The notes under the pieces: model-generated | The model's database searches: none | The model's input: the letters and a program-made list of their open reading frames with translations, nothing else | Told to the model about the DNA's origin: nothing | Program-made: the position numbers and the translations under genes | Source of the DNA: Bacteroidales bacterium | Lineage (GTDB): Bacteria; Bacteroidota; Bacteroidia; Bacteroidales; VadinHA17 | DNA length: 64,000 nucleotides | Assembly: GCA_041685495.1 (NCBI GenBank) | Contig: JAWLFR010000003.1 | Span: forward strand, 5,470-69,469 | Reading direction: 5' to 3' | Shown: positions 41,099 through 50,657 of the stretch, in pieces | Layout: each line of letters begins with the position of its first letter | Numbering within the stretch: position 1 is the first letter of the stretch

Positions 41099-43197
41099 TT
41101 TCTTAGTTCAATATCTATTACTGATCCTGGTACTATCCTTATGCCCGGACGCAATGATTGTTTCACTACTTTTCCCCGGCCGCTGACCCTGACCCTGAGC
41201 CCCGAGTTCTCAAGAAGGAACAGTGCATCTTTCAGTCCCATACCTGTAACATCAGGAACCAGGTTTTCTATCAGTTCCAGCTCTTTAAACTTAAGGGTAT
41301 CCTGATGGGTAGTTGGTCTTATCCAGCCGACAGTCTTGTCATAGGAATGGTTCACTCCGAGATCTGCCAGGACGTATGCCGCATCATCACCATACCCGGT
41401 TTTAATTACAGGCTTACCCTGCTTTTCCTGCTTCTCATGCTCATTAAAGAACCGTGTGGCATATACTTTATCTGCTATCTCCCTGAACACCGGTCCAGCC
41501 ACCAGGTTGCCGTAATATATGTAGTTTGAAGGGGCATTGACAACCACTATACATGAGTACACAGGCTTATCAGCCGGAAAATAGCCCACAAAGGAAGCCT
41601 GGTAAGAGACCCTGCCCCCATGGTTATAACCGTATTTATCATTGGCTATCTGGGCCGTCCCGGTCTTCCCTGCTATACTGTACATATCATTATCCAGGTT
41701 CATTGCTGTACCATTCTCAACAACTCCTTTAAGCAGGGTCCTTATTTTTTCTGTTGTCGACCCGGAACATATGGCCGGATTAAGAACCTCAGTTTTTATT
41801 TCCTTAACGGTTGTGCCATGATATCGTACCTGTTTAACAATACGTGGTTTCATCATTCTCCCGCCATTGGCCACTGCATTATATAAGGTCAGAATCTGCA
41901 AGGGGGTAAGCTGCACTTCATAACCGTATGACATCATGGGAAGGGATATGCCTGACCAGTATTTATCACCCGGGTACCTTATCAGTGGTTTACCTTCACC
42001 CCGGATATCTATACCTGTCTTTTCATTCAGGCCCATACGGTACAGGCGATCCACAAAATCGCCGGGCCGGCTTTTATAGTTCTCATAAATAATTTTTGCC
42101 GTCCCCACATTAGACGACTTTTCAAACACCTCTCTCACCGTCATCCTGCCATAGCCCCCTTCTTCTGAATCTCTTATAGTCTTGTCATAGTACCTGACCG
42201 TTCCGTTGCCCGTGTCAACAGTATCATCCAGTTCAACCAGGCCATCCTCGAGGGCTGCTATAAAGGAGGCCAGCTTAAAGGTTGAGCCGGGCTCTGTGCT
42301 CTCACCCACGGCATAATTATATGATTCATAATAGTGCCCATCCTCCCCTAACTCCAGGTTTGCCATGGCTTTTATATCACCGGTCTCCACCTCCATCAGC
42401 ACCGCAACACCATGATGTGCGTTATGTCTTAGCAGCTGTCTCTCCAGGGCACTTTCGGCAACATCCTGCAGGTCAATATTGATTGTTGACAGTATATCGT
42501 TCCCATCCCTGGGCTCAAGTGAATTTTCGTCATTAACCGGCATCCATGCCCCTCCCGTCAGGCGCTGCTTCAACACTTTTCCACTGACACCTGTAAGCTC
42601 ATTATCATAGGCCCCTTCAAGGCCAACAACATTGCCGGTGGCGCCCCTGGTCAGGTAACCTATAGTCCGGCTCGCCAGCCTCATATGCGGACGCACCCTT
42701 ATATTTTCAGGCTCAGCAATAAATCCTCCCTTATACCTGCCATGCTCTAACACCGGCAGCTTTTGCAGTTCCTTTAAGGTATTATGACTTACCCTTCTTT
42801 TTACCAGGTAATACCTGTCTCCTTTCCTCCTTGCAGCTTCAAGGTCCCGCCTCCAGGAAGCTGCAGATTTAAGACCTATTATTTTTGACAGTCCGTCAGA
42901 CAGTCCGTCAAGACCCTGGGTCCATGTCTGCTGATCCATGCCGGTACTCCTTGTATCAACATAAATCGAGTAATAAGGGACCGAGCTGGCAAGCAGGCGC
43001 CCGTCATCCGACAGTATATCACCCCTGTTTGCCGGCACCATATATGTTTTGTAAATAAACTCCTCACCCATCTCAGCCCAGCTGTTACCTTCTACAAACT
43101 GGATGATAAATATGCGTGCCAGTATGCCTGTAGCCAAAATGATAACGGCAATGTATACCACCCCGCTACGCCATATTATTTCATCCCTTATTGCCAT
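41095..43197 (-). CDS. ftsI: Class B penicillin-binding protein (FtsI-type transpeptidase) with C-terminal PASTA-like domain
   Basis: 700 aa with an N-terminal TM helix and dimerisation domain. It has the STFK, SSN and KTGT catalytic triad of motifs. The C-terminal roughly 60 aa (VPDVTGMGLKDALFLLENSGLRVRVSGRGKVVKQS) look PASTA-like. Confidence 0.85.
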   Translation of the reverse strand: MAIRDEIIWRSGVVYIAVIILATGILARIFIIQFVEGNSWAEMGEEFIYKTYMVPANRGDILSDDGRLLASSVPYYSIYVDTRSTGMDQQTWTQGLDGLSDGLSKIIGLKSAASWRRDLEAARRKGDRYYLVKRRVSHNTLKELQKLPVLEHGRYKGGFIAEPENIRVRPHMRLASRTIGYLTRGATGNVVGLEGAYDNELTGVSGKVLKQRLTGGAWMPVNDENSLEPRDGNDILSTINIDLQDVAESALERQLLRHNAHHGVAVLMEVETGDIKAMANLELGEDGHYYESYNYAVGESTEPGSTFKLASFIAALEDGLVELDDTVDTGNGTVRYYDKTIRDSEEGGYGRMTVREVFEKSSNVGTAKIIYENYKSRPGDFVDRLYRMGLNEKTGIDIRGEGKPLIRYPGDKYWSGISLPMMSYGYEVQLTPLQILTLYNAVANGGRMMKPRIVKQVRYHGTTVKEIKTEVLNPAICSGSTTEKIRTLLKGVVENGTAMNLDNDMYSIAGKTGTAQIANDKYGYNHGGRVSYQASFVGYFPADKPVYSCIVVVNAPSNYIYYGNLVAGPVFREIADKVYATRFFNEHEKQEKQGKPVIKTGYGDDAAYVLADLGVNHSYDKTVGWIRPTTHQDTLKFKELELIENLVPDVTGMGLKDALFLLENSGLRVRVSGRGKVVKQSLRPGIRIVPGSVIDIELRN

Positions 43198-43199
43198 AA

Positions 43200-43577
43200 T
43201 TATTTTTTTACAACAAGTTTATATGGTGGCCTTTTCAATTCTTTCAGTCCCAGTCCGCGCCTTTCTACCAGGCGACTTACCTCCGATTGCTTACTGATAT
43301 ACATCAGTTCAGAACTGGTTGCCATTGCCTCTGCCCTTAACTCTTTCACTTCCTGCTGCAGTATATCTGTTCTCCTGATTATCTTTTCGGCATGAAAGCG
43401 GTTGGCTATATAAAAGGCACCCAGTACAGCCAGTAATAAAATATAGGGCAGGTTACCCAGTATTATCTTCTCGCTGAACAGGGACCCGCTGATAAGGCTT
43501 TTAACAAAGCCTTCGCCCTTTGAATGGCTGTTGCTTTTCCTGGCCTGGCTGTTGCTTTTAACTGTATCCTTATCCAT
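43200..43577 (-). CDS. FtsL-like small bitopic cell-division protein
   Basis: 125 aa with one TM helix followed by a coiled-coil-like segment. It occupies the conserved position between rsmH and ftsI. Confidence 0.6.
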   Translation of the reverse strand: MDKDTVKSNSQARKSNSHSKGEGFVKSLISGSLFSEKIILGNLPYILLLAVLGAFYIANRFHAEKIIRRTDILQQEVKELRAEAMATSSELMYISKQSEVSRLVERRGLGLKELKRPPYKLVVKK

Positions 43578-43578
43578 C

Positions 43579-44478
43579 TCACTTCTTTTCTGCTATTCTT
43601 AATTTTGCACTGCGCGCTCTCCTGTTTCTCTCCAGCTCCTCTTCGGAAGGAGTAATTACCTTTTTATTCACCTGCCTGAAAGGACTAACAGGATTGCCAT
43701 AAAAATCTTTTTCTATATGCCCTTCAAAATTGCCGCTGCGGAAATAATTCTTAACCACCCTGTCTTCAACCGAATGATAAGATATTACAGCTATCCTGCC
43801 GCCGCTTACCAGCATCTCTTCTGCCTGCAGCAACATTTCCTCAAGGAATTCTATCTCCCTGTTAAGCTCAATCCTTAAAGCCTGGAATAACCTTGAAAGG
43901 AACTTATTCTCCTGTCTTGACGGGATAAAAGCCCTGACTGATTCAAGCATTCCCTTTGTGCTTTTTATCTCCTTCTGCTCCCTGTAAGCCACTATGGCTG
44001 ATGCCAGTGCTCCTGCATTCCTGAACTCCCCGTAATTGCGCAACAGCTTTTTCAGATCTTCCACCGGGTATTTATTCACTATATCAGCAGCCGTTTTTCT
44101 GCCCCCCCGGCTCATCCGCATATCCAGGCCGGCATCATACCTGTAAGAGAATCCCCTGTCCGGATCATCAAACTGCCTGAAAGAAACGCCAAGATCAGCA
44201 AGCAGTCCATTCACCGAATCCATACCATGATAAAGAAGGTTGTTCTTAAGGAAACGAAAGTTCTGATTTATAAACAGAAACCGGTCATCAACCGGCTTAT
44301 TCATCTCAGCACTCTCATCCTGATCGAAAGCGATAAGCTTACCCTTACCAAGCCTCCTGAGTATTTCGCGTGAATGACCACCCCCTCCGAATGTCAGGTC
44401 CACATAAGTCCCTCCGGGCTGAATGTCCAGCCCGTCAATACACTCATTCAGCAATGCAGGGACATGGTATTCCATCAT
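43579..44478 (-). CDS. rsmH: 16S rRNA (cytosine1402-N4)-methyltransferase
   Basis: 299 aa. Contains HVPALLNE, DLTFGGGGHS, DLGVS and ISYHSVEDR motifs. Confidence 0.95.
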   Translation of the reverse strand: MMEYHVPALLNECIDGLDIQPGGTYVDLTFGGGGHSREILRRLGKGKLIAFDQDESAEMNKPVDDRFLFINQNFRFLKNNLLYHGMDSVNGLLADLGVSFRQFDDPDRGFSYRYDAGLDMRMSRGGRKTAADIVNKYPVEDLKKLLRNYGEFRNAGALASAIVAYREQKEIKSTKGMLESVRAFIPSRQENKFLSRLFQALRIELNREIEFLEEMLLQAEEMLVSGGRIAVISYHSVEDRVVKNYFRSGNFEGHIEKDFYGNPVSPFRQVNKKVITPSEEELERNRRARSAKLRIAEKK

Positions 44479-44942
44479 AATTCTTCTTCGGGCAGTTTAC
44501 CTCCCATCAGTTTTTCAGCCAGGTCAGCAAAGTCATCCGCAGGCATATCTATCTTATCGTACCTGTCGCCTGCCCATATCTCTATCCTGCCGTCCTGGCC
44601 AGCCAGTATAACATCTTTTTCAATGCCGGCCACCTCCAGCAGGCGGCGCGGTATCAATAAACGGTTGCTGCTGTCAAGCACCAGTTCTGCCGTACCCTTA
44701 AAAAAGTTACGCATAAACATATTATGCTCCCGGTTATAAGGGTTTATCCTGCGGCGGATCTTATCCATCTGCTCTTCCCAGTCCCCGGCAGTATATAAAA
44801 CCAGGCACTGCTCAAATATATCCCGCCTTACCACAAAATGGTCGTCGGAAGCTGAATGCATCTGCTTTTTAAAGGCAGATGGGAAAATCAACCTCCCCTT
44901 GGCATCAATCCTGCAACTGTAATCACCAATAAATGTGGCCAT
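44475..44942 (-). CDS. mraZ: Transcriptional regulator MraZ
   Basis: 155 aa. It has two SpoVT-AbrB-like repeats with DAKGRLIFP and DSSNRLLIP (DxxxR motifs). Confidence 0.9.
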   Translation of the reverse strand: MATFIGDYSCRIDAKGRLIFPSAFKKQMHSASDDHFVVRRDIFEQCLVLYTAGDWEEQMDKIRRRINPYNREHNMFMRNFFKGTAELVLDSSNRLLIPRRLLEVAGIEKDVILAGQDGRIEIWAGDRYDKIDMPADDFADLAEKLMGGKLPEEEL

Positions 44943-44980
44943 AACTATAAAAACGGTTTGAAGGTAAAATTAAGAAAAAA

Positions 44981-45021
44981 TACCCACTTTACTCCACTTT
45001 ACCCCATTTTTTTCCACTTTG
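44981..45021 (-). promoter_or_regulatory. Putative MraZ operator: four direct 10-bp repeats AAAGTGGAAA / AAAATGGGGT / AAAGTGGAGT / AAAGTGGGTA
   Basis: Read on the minus strand. The repeats have exact 10-bp phasing and end 38 nt upstream of the mraZ ATG. The core GTGG(G) matches the repeat type reported for MraZ binding in E. coli and Mollicutes. Confidence 0.6.
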
Positions 45022-45125
45022 TTGATAACTTTTACCCGGTACCCCGGGCAGTTTCAATTATGAACTGTCTGCTTTCAGACTCAAACTTTGATCCTCATAA
45101 GGAAAGGGTTTTAGCATTTTTTGAC

Positions 45126-45133
45126 TAAATTTG
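45126..45133 (+). promoter_or_regulatory. Bacteroidota-type -7 promoter element (TAAATTTG)
   Basis: TAnnTTTG match, 34 nt upstream of the ATG at 45167. Confidence 0.35.
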
Positions 45134-45166
45134 CATCAGGTTTTATTATTGTCAGAGGGGTAAATA

Positions 45167-46006
45167 ATGGATGAGAATAAAGTATCTGTTCAAACCAGGA
45201 TAGATGTAAAAGAGATATTCCGGGACAAAAACCCGGGACTGGCCAGGCTGATACCGGGTTTTGTTATCAGGTACCTGAGGCGAATCATTCACGAAGACGA
45301 GCTCAATGATTTTTTGTCCAAATACGGCAACCTCAGGGATATAGAACTTGTTAAGGCAGGACTTGCTTACCTGGGGGTCAGTTACAGGGCTCATAACAAG
45401 CATAACATTCCTGCTTCCGGACGTTATATTTTTGTTTCAAACCATCCCCTGGGAGGACTTGACGGGGCCGTGTTCATAGCTGAGCTTTCCAGGTATTACG
45501 ATGATATTAAGTTCCCGGTGAATGATATCCTGATGAATATTGAGAATATGTCCGGTGTATTTCTGCCCATCAACAAGCATGGCAGCCAGGCAAGGGAAGC
45601 GGTAAAAAGGATAGATAATGCATATGCTTCTGATTCACAAATACTTTACTTCCCGGCAGGCTTATGCTCCAGGAAGAAAAACAAAAAGATAAGGGACCTC
45701 GAATGGCAAAAAAACTTCGTGGTGAAAGCAGTAAAGCATAAGCGCGACATTATTCCTGTGTATTTCTCCGGCAGGAATTCAGACTGGTTCTATAATCTTT
45801 CAAATTTCAGAAAAGCAATAGGAATAAAATCAAATATTGAGATGCTGTATCTGCCCGATGAGATGTTCAGGCAGAGAGGCAAAGACCTGCATATAGTTTT
45901 TGGCAAAGCCATAAGCAGTGACACACTTGATAAGTCAAAAACACCATATGAATGGGCACAATGGTTAAAGGGGAAAACATATGAACTGGCTGAAACAGTT
46001 CCATAA
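45167..46006 (+). CDS. Lysophospholipid/1-acylglycerol-3-phosphate-type O-acyltransferase (GlsA/OlsA-like)
   Basis: 279 aa. It has an acyltransferase motif (SNHPLGGLDG) and a FPAG(L)CSR motif. It is paired with an OlsB-like N-acyltransferase. Confidence 0.7.
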   Translation: MDENKVSVQTRIDVKEIFRDKNPGLARLIPGFVIRYLRRIIHEDELNDFLSKYGNLRDIELVKAGLAYLGVSYRAHNKHNIPASGRYIFVSNHPLGGLDGAVFIAELSRYYDDIKFPVNDILMNIENMSGVFLPINKHGSQAREAVKRIDNAYASDSQILYFPAGLCSRKKNKKIRDLEWQKNFVVKAVKHKRDIIPVYFSGRNSDWFYNLSNFRKAIGIKSNIEMLYLPDEMFRQRGKDLHIVFGKAISSDTLDKSKTPYEWAQWLKGKTYELAETVP

Positions 46007-46093
46007 GCGGGAATTTTATTATTTTTGAACCAGATTTTTCGCCCGTAACAGTTAAATATTCAAAAATATTTTATCAGTCCAAAAGAGATTACC

Positions 46094-47041
46094 ATGAAAA
46101 AAATTGTTGATGCAATAGCCACCAGGGAGATTGAAAAAGAACTGAGGGAAGACAGGTTGTTGCGAAAAACCAATAATGGAAATAACGAGGTATATATATT
46201 TACCAGCCATGAAAGCCCGGTACTGATGCACGAAGTAGGACGCCTGCGCGAACTCACTTTCAGGGGCGCAGGAGGAGGTACAGGTGAGGAGATTGATCTT
46301 GACGAATATGATATGTCGGAAAAATCCCCTCACCAGCAGTTAATAGTGTGGGATCCGGAGAACAGGGATATCATAGGCGGATACAGGTATTTCATACATG
46401 ACAACAGGAAGAAAAAGGTTGATCCTTCGGATATGGCTTCCTATGATTATTTCCATTTCTCTGATGATTTCACTGAGAATTACCTGCCTCACCTTATGGA
46501 GCTGGGCAGGTCATTTGTACAGCCTGATTACCAGTCAAGGGCCAAAGGCAGGAAAAGCATGTATGCACTTGACAACCTCTGGGACGGTCTGGGTGCCATA
46601 ATCATAGAAAATCCCAACGTGAAATATTTATTCGGAAAGGTTACGATGTACCCTCATTTTCATAAACATGCCCGCCGCATGATAATTTATTTTATGAAAA
46701 AACATTTCAGTGATCCGGATAAGCTGGTTGTTCCTAAAGAAGACATATCCATGGATATTGATAATGAGCTGATGGAAAGCATTTTTACTGCCGATAATTA
46801 CAGGGACGACTACAAAAAACTGTCACAGGAAGTGAGGAAGCTAGGGGAAACGGTGCCTCCCCTGATCAATGCCTACATGAACCTGTCACCCACCATGCGC
46901 ACCTTCGGTACAATACATAACGAAAGTTTCGGGCAGGTTAATGAAACAGGAATAATGATAACCGTCAAGGATATTTACGTTGAAAAGATCAACAGGCACC
47001 TGGCTTCTTACAGGGCAGATTATGATATCAGCGATCAGTAA
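46094..47041 (+). CDS. GNAT-fold N-acyltransferase, OlsB/GlsB ('hemolysin'-like) family
   Basis: 315 aa. Contains LRELTFRGAGGGTG and GRSFVQPDYQ motifs typical of amino-acid N-acyltransferases involved in ornithine-lipid or glycine-lipid synthesis. Confidence 0.7.
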   Translation: MKKIVDAIATREIEKELREDRLLRKTNNGNNEVYIFTSHESPVLMHEVGRLRELTFRGAGGGTGEEIDLDEYDMSEKSPHQQLIVWDPENRDIIGGYRYFIHDNRKKKVDPSDMASYDYFHFSDDFTENYLPHLMELGRSFVQPDYQSRAKGRKSMYALDNLWDGLGAIIIENPNVKYLFGKVTMYPHFHKHARRMIIYFMKKHFSDPDKLVVPKEDISMDIDNELMESIFTADNYRDDYKKLSQEVRKLGETVPPLINAYMNLSPTMRTFGTIHNESFGQVNETGIMITVKDIYVEKINRHLASYRADYDISDQ

Positions 47042-48933
47042 GCCCTGGTATTCCTTTTTTCAACATAATTTATAAATGACCTGTTAGCCACTTTATTACC
47101 CCCCGGCGTTGGATAATCGCCTGTGAAATACCAGTCGCCAAGATGTCCGGGGCATGCCTCATGCAGACCTTCTATCGACTGGTAAATAATCTCAAGCTCA
47201 GCATTTATCACGGGCAGCTTAAGCATAGCGGCTATCTTTGATGAAATTTCTTCTGCTGAAAAAGGCTCATAAATCGCCTTAACCACATTTGTAATATCAT
47301 CAAGTGGCTTCTCATTCTCCTCCAGTGCTTTCTCATATACCTGTTTTATTCTCCCATCCATTCTGCGCTCTTTCAGCAACTCAATAACAGCCCTGAAAGC
47401 AATAAAATCGCCCATCCTGGCCATATCGATACCGTAGCAATCAGGATACCTGATCTGCGGTGATGAAGATACTATAAGAATTTTTCTGGGATCAAGCCTG
47501 TCGAGTATCCTTATGATACTTTTCTTAAGTGTTGTGCCCCTTACAATGGAATCATCAAGAACAACCATGCTGTCTATTCCCCGTCTGATAACGCCATAGG
47601 TGACATCATAAACATGCCCCACCAGATCATCACGCGCCTTATCTTCCGTTATAAAGGTTCTTAGCTTGGCATCTTTAACCGCCAGCTTCTCTATCCTCGG
47701 CTTACCAGACAGGATCTTTTCCATTTCATCATCAGGGATATCCTTTCCTCTTTCTTTGATAATCCTTATCTTATTCTCGATAAGATAGTCGTCAAGGCCC
47801 TTGATAAGTCCGTAAAATGCCGATTCGGCTGTGTTGGGTATATAAGAAAACACCGTATTCTCCAGGTCATAATCTATCTTCTCCAGCACCTTTCCTGTGA
47901 GCTGCTCTCCCAGCCTTTTTCTTTCCCTGTATATTGACTTGTCTGTACCACGCGAAAAATAAATTCTCTCAAAGGAGCATTTTTTCTCTACGCCGGGCTC
48001 CCGTATCATCTCAAGCTGCAGTCCTCCCTCTGATTTAGAGGTAACGGCATAACCGGGCTGCAGCTCTTTCACCTCGTCTGTTTTCAGGTTGAAAACGGTC
48101 TGTATTACAGGCCTTTCGGAAGCAACAACCAGCACCTCGTCATCGGTATAATAGAATACAGGGCGTATACCCCATGGATCCCTTACCACAAAGGTGTCCC
48201 CATGCCCCAGCATTCCTGCCATCGCATAACCTCCATCCCATTTTTTACTTGCCTTACGTAGAACAGAAGCTACCTCTATATTCTTTTCTATCAGCGGACT
48301 TATTTCCACCTTCCTTAAACCTTTCTTCCGGTATTGCCTGAAAAGGTCTTCAACCTCATCATCAAGAAAATGACCTACATTCTCGAGCACTGTCACAGTA
48401 TCGGAAAAATCGGTAGGGTGCTGGCCTATATCCACGAGTGAACTGAAAATATCATTTACATTTGTAAGGTTAAAATTGCCGGCCAGCACCAGGTTTCTGG
48501 ATCTCCAGTTATTGGATCTCATTACGGGATGCACATTTTCAATGCTGTTCATCCCGAAAGTGCCGTACCTGACATGACCAAGAAATATATCAGAGGCATA
48601 TGGCAGATTTTCCCTCAGGTCCTTATATGCCACATCCCCTGCCTCCGCAAATCCAAGTTTCCCCACATCATCATAAATAGCATCGAATATCTCCTTTATG
48701 GGATTACTGCCCATTGACCGCTGCCTGAAAAAATATTTCTCCCCGGGCCTGACCCCTTTTTTCAGTCCGGCTATACCTGCCCCGTCCTGTCCCCTGTTAT
48801 GTTGCTTCTCCAGAAGCAGGTACATCTTCTGGAGACCATAATCCCAGCTACCATATTTTTCAATATAATATTCCAGTGGTTTAAGCAATTTGACCATTGC
48901 TATGCCACACTCGTGTTTTATCTGGTCGCTCAT
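47035..48933 (-). CDS. purF: Amidophosphoribosyltransferase, long (about 630 aa) form
   Basis: 632 aa. It has an N-terminal Ntn glutaminase domain (HECGIAMV) and a PRTase motif (VVLDDSIVRGTT). Confidence 0.9.
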   Translation of the reverse strand: MSDQIKHECGIAMVKLLKPLEYYIEKYGSWDYGLQKMYLLLEKQHNRGQDGAGIAGLKKGVRPGEKYFFRQRSMGSNPIKEIFDAIYDDVGKLGFAEAGDVAYKDLRENLPYASDIFLGHVRYGTFGMNSIENVHPVMRSNNWRSRNLVLAGNFNLTNVNDIFSSLVDIGQHPTDFSDTVTVLENVGHFLDDEVEDLFRQYRKKGLRKVEISPLIEKNIEVASVLRKASKKWDGGYAMAGMLGHGDTFVVRDPWGIRPVFYYTDDEVLVVASERPVIQTVFNLKTDEVKELQPGYAVTSKSEGGLQLEMIREPGVEKKCSFERIYFSRGTDKSIYRERKRLGEQLTGKVLEKIDYDLENTVFSYIPNTAESAFYGLIKGLDDYLIENKIRIIKERGKDIPDDEMEKILSGKPRIEKLAVKDAKLRTFITEDKARDDLVGHVYDVTYGVIRRGIDSMVVLDDSIVRGTTLKKSIIRILDRLDPRKILIVSSSPQIRYPDCYGIDMARMGDFIAFRAVIELLKERRMDGRIKQVYEKALEENEKPLDDITNVVKAIYEPFSAEEISSKIAAMLKLPVINAELEIIYQSIEGLHEACPGHLGDWYFTGDYPTPGGNKVANRSFINYVEKRNTRAY

Positions 48934-48936
48934 AAT

Positions 48937-49440
48937 CTATTTGTCAATGTCTGGGTAAGGTATAATCTCTGTTACCAGGTAAGCATTGGGGAACTCTTCC
49001 TTAACCATTATAAAGCCGGCATATGCATCGTGTTTTGTGCGGTAGTTGCCTACACGAACCTTAAAATAATTAGGAGGATCAAATTTGAGATAGGATGGCA
49101 TATCCGGAAAAGACGAGATAAATTCAGCGTTGGCCTCATCTGCTTTTGCACGGGCATTACGTCCCGAGCCCCTGTATATCTGTATCCTGTAGCCATTTAT
49201 CCCTCCTGTCTTAGCGTTTGTGATAATATGCCTGCTGACAAGAGAGTCAACGCGTATATCCTGGTTAATCTCCAGCCGGCCCGCACCATAGCTGTCATTA
49301 TTATTAATAAGGTCCTCCACTTTAACAAGCTTCTGGGCCTGCAGCCCCATGCCAAAGCTTATCATGGCTATGAGTATGATAAATCGCTTCATGACTGTCC
49401 GTGATAGTATAATGCTCAAATTTTTATTCGCTTTTTTCAT
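48937..49440 (-). CDS. SPOR domain-containing protein
   Basis: 167 aa with a signal/anchor sequence. The C-terminal SPOR-like region reads GYRIQIYRGSGRNARAKA...YFKVRVGNYRTKHDA. The true start may be the internal MKRF. Confidence 0.7.
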   Translation of the reverse strand: MKKANKNLSIILSRTVMKRFIILIAMISFGMGLQAQKLVKVEDLINNNDSYGAGRLEINQDIRVDSLVSRHIITNAKTGGINGYRIQIYRGSGRNARAKADEANAEFISSFPDMPSYLKFDPPNYFKVRVGNYRTKHDAYAGFIMVKEEFPNAYLVTEIIPYPDIDK

Positions 49441-49487
49441 GTCGTCAATCCTCCTGGTTTATGTTCATTTCACGGGTATAAAAATAT

Positions 49488-50615
49488 TCATTCTCCCGTG
49501 CCTGCGGTCAGGTCCTCATTTCCAGTATCCCCTTTACGCAGTGAATAATACACCTTACCCGCCTGTGATCCGCATAATATATAATCACCTCCCCCGCTGA
49601 TCTTCATGGCAGAGGCATATGAATCTGTTGCATATGGATCACAGACTGCGAAAGTCCTGATCAGTGTCTCATCCATCTCATCCTGTACTGAAATGTTACT
49701 GATAATATTTATTATAAAGCAGTTCCTGTTTAATATGTGAGCCCTGTCAAATTCATCAAAAGCAATATCAACACCGCAGTTTGAGCTCTCAAGATACTTC
49801 TTCATTTTAACATCCCCATAGGTGTCCAGTGAAGCCGTAAATGAATTCTCAAGGGTATTATCATCAATATTAAGCTCAGTTTTTCCTGTCACAAATATAT
49901 TCCCGTTATCATAAACCTTTATTGCCTGGCATGCTGCAGCAAACCTGCTGTTATTATATAGCTCATTCTCCCACAGGATATCTCCTGATTTTGTTATCTC
50001 GGCTACAGAGGCTCTTGACTTTGATCCTTCCACGGTTTTTGCCATGGCAGCATAAATATTTCCTGCAGCATTTACCACGAAATCGTTGATGGTAACATTA
50101 AAACCCGGTTCAGCCAGTGTTTCACCGCTAATGTTACCACTCCTGTCGATGGAAAACAAGCCGAAAACAGCAGCACCGGCGGAGTCAATATTTGCACTGC
50201 CGCAGACAAGGAATGTATCCTCACCATCAGGCCTTATCACTGCCTTTGAAACATCTGCCGGCACGGCAACCAGTACTGACCACTCCTCTTCCCCCTTGTG
50301 GTTTATCCTGCTTACCAGTATATCACCCTCTGAATGCCCTGCCGCATAATAAGCTGAAGTATCTTCTATAAGTGTATTAAAAGCGCCGTCCCCCCCGGGT
50401 AAATACTCAAACACCCTTGATCCTGAGCTGTTGGCCTTAATGATGAAAGGAGAGTTTTCCGCCTCACCCGCAATGATATACATAGTATCAGAACCAACTA
50501 TCACATCATTGGCCCGGCCATCTTTCCAGTTCTTTTCAAAGATAAAATCACCGCTTTCATTTTTTGAGCATGAAAGCAGTGAAACAGCAATTAAAAAATA
50601 TGCTAATCCTTTCAT
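49488..50615 (-). CDS. Putative lipoprotein of unknown function (repetitive beta-rich)
   Basis: I prefer the ATG at 50615 (MKGLAYFLIAVSLLSCS lipobox) over the track start at 50648. No family recognised. Confidence 0.55.
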   Translation of the reverse strand: MKGLAYFLIAVSLLSCSKNESGDFIFEKNWKDGRANDVIVGSDTMYIIAGEAENSPFIIKANSSGSRVFEYLPGGDGAFNTLIEDTSAYYAAGHSEGDILVSRINHKGEEEWSVLVAVPADVSKAVIRPDGEDTFLVCGSANIDSAGAAVFGLFSIDRSGNISGETLAEPGFNVTINDFVVNAAGNIYAAMAKTVEGSKSRASVAEITKSGDILWENELYNNSRFAAACQAIKVYDNGNIFVTGKTELNIDDNTLENSFTASLDTYGDVKMKKYLESSNCGVDIAFDEFDRAHILNRNCFIINIISNISVQDEMDETLIRTFAVCDPYATDSYASAMKISGGGDYILCGSQAGKVYYSLRKGDTGNEDLTAGTGE

Positions 50616-50657
50616 ATCGGTGTCTTTTTTACTTATTAAACCGGCCAATGCTGCATT

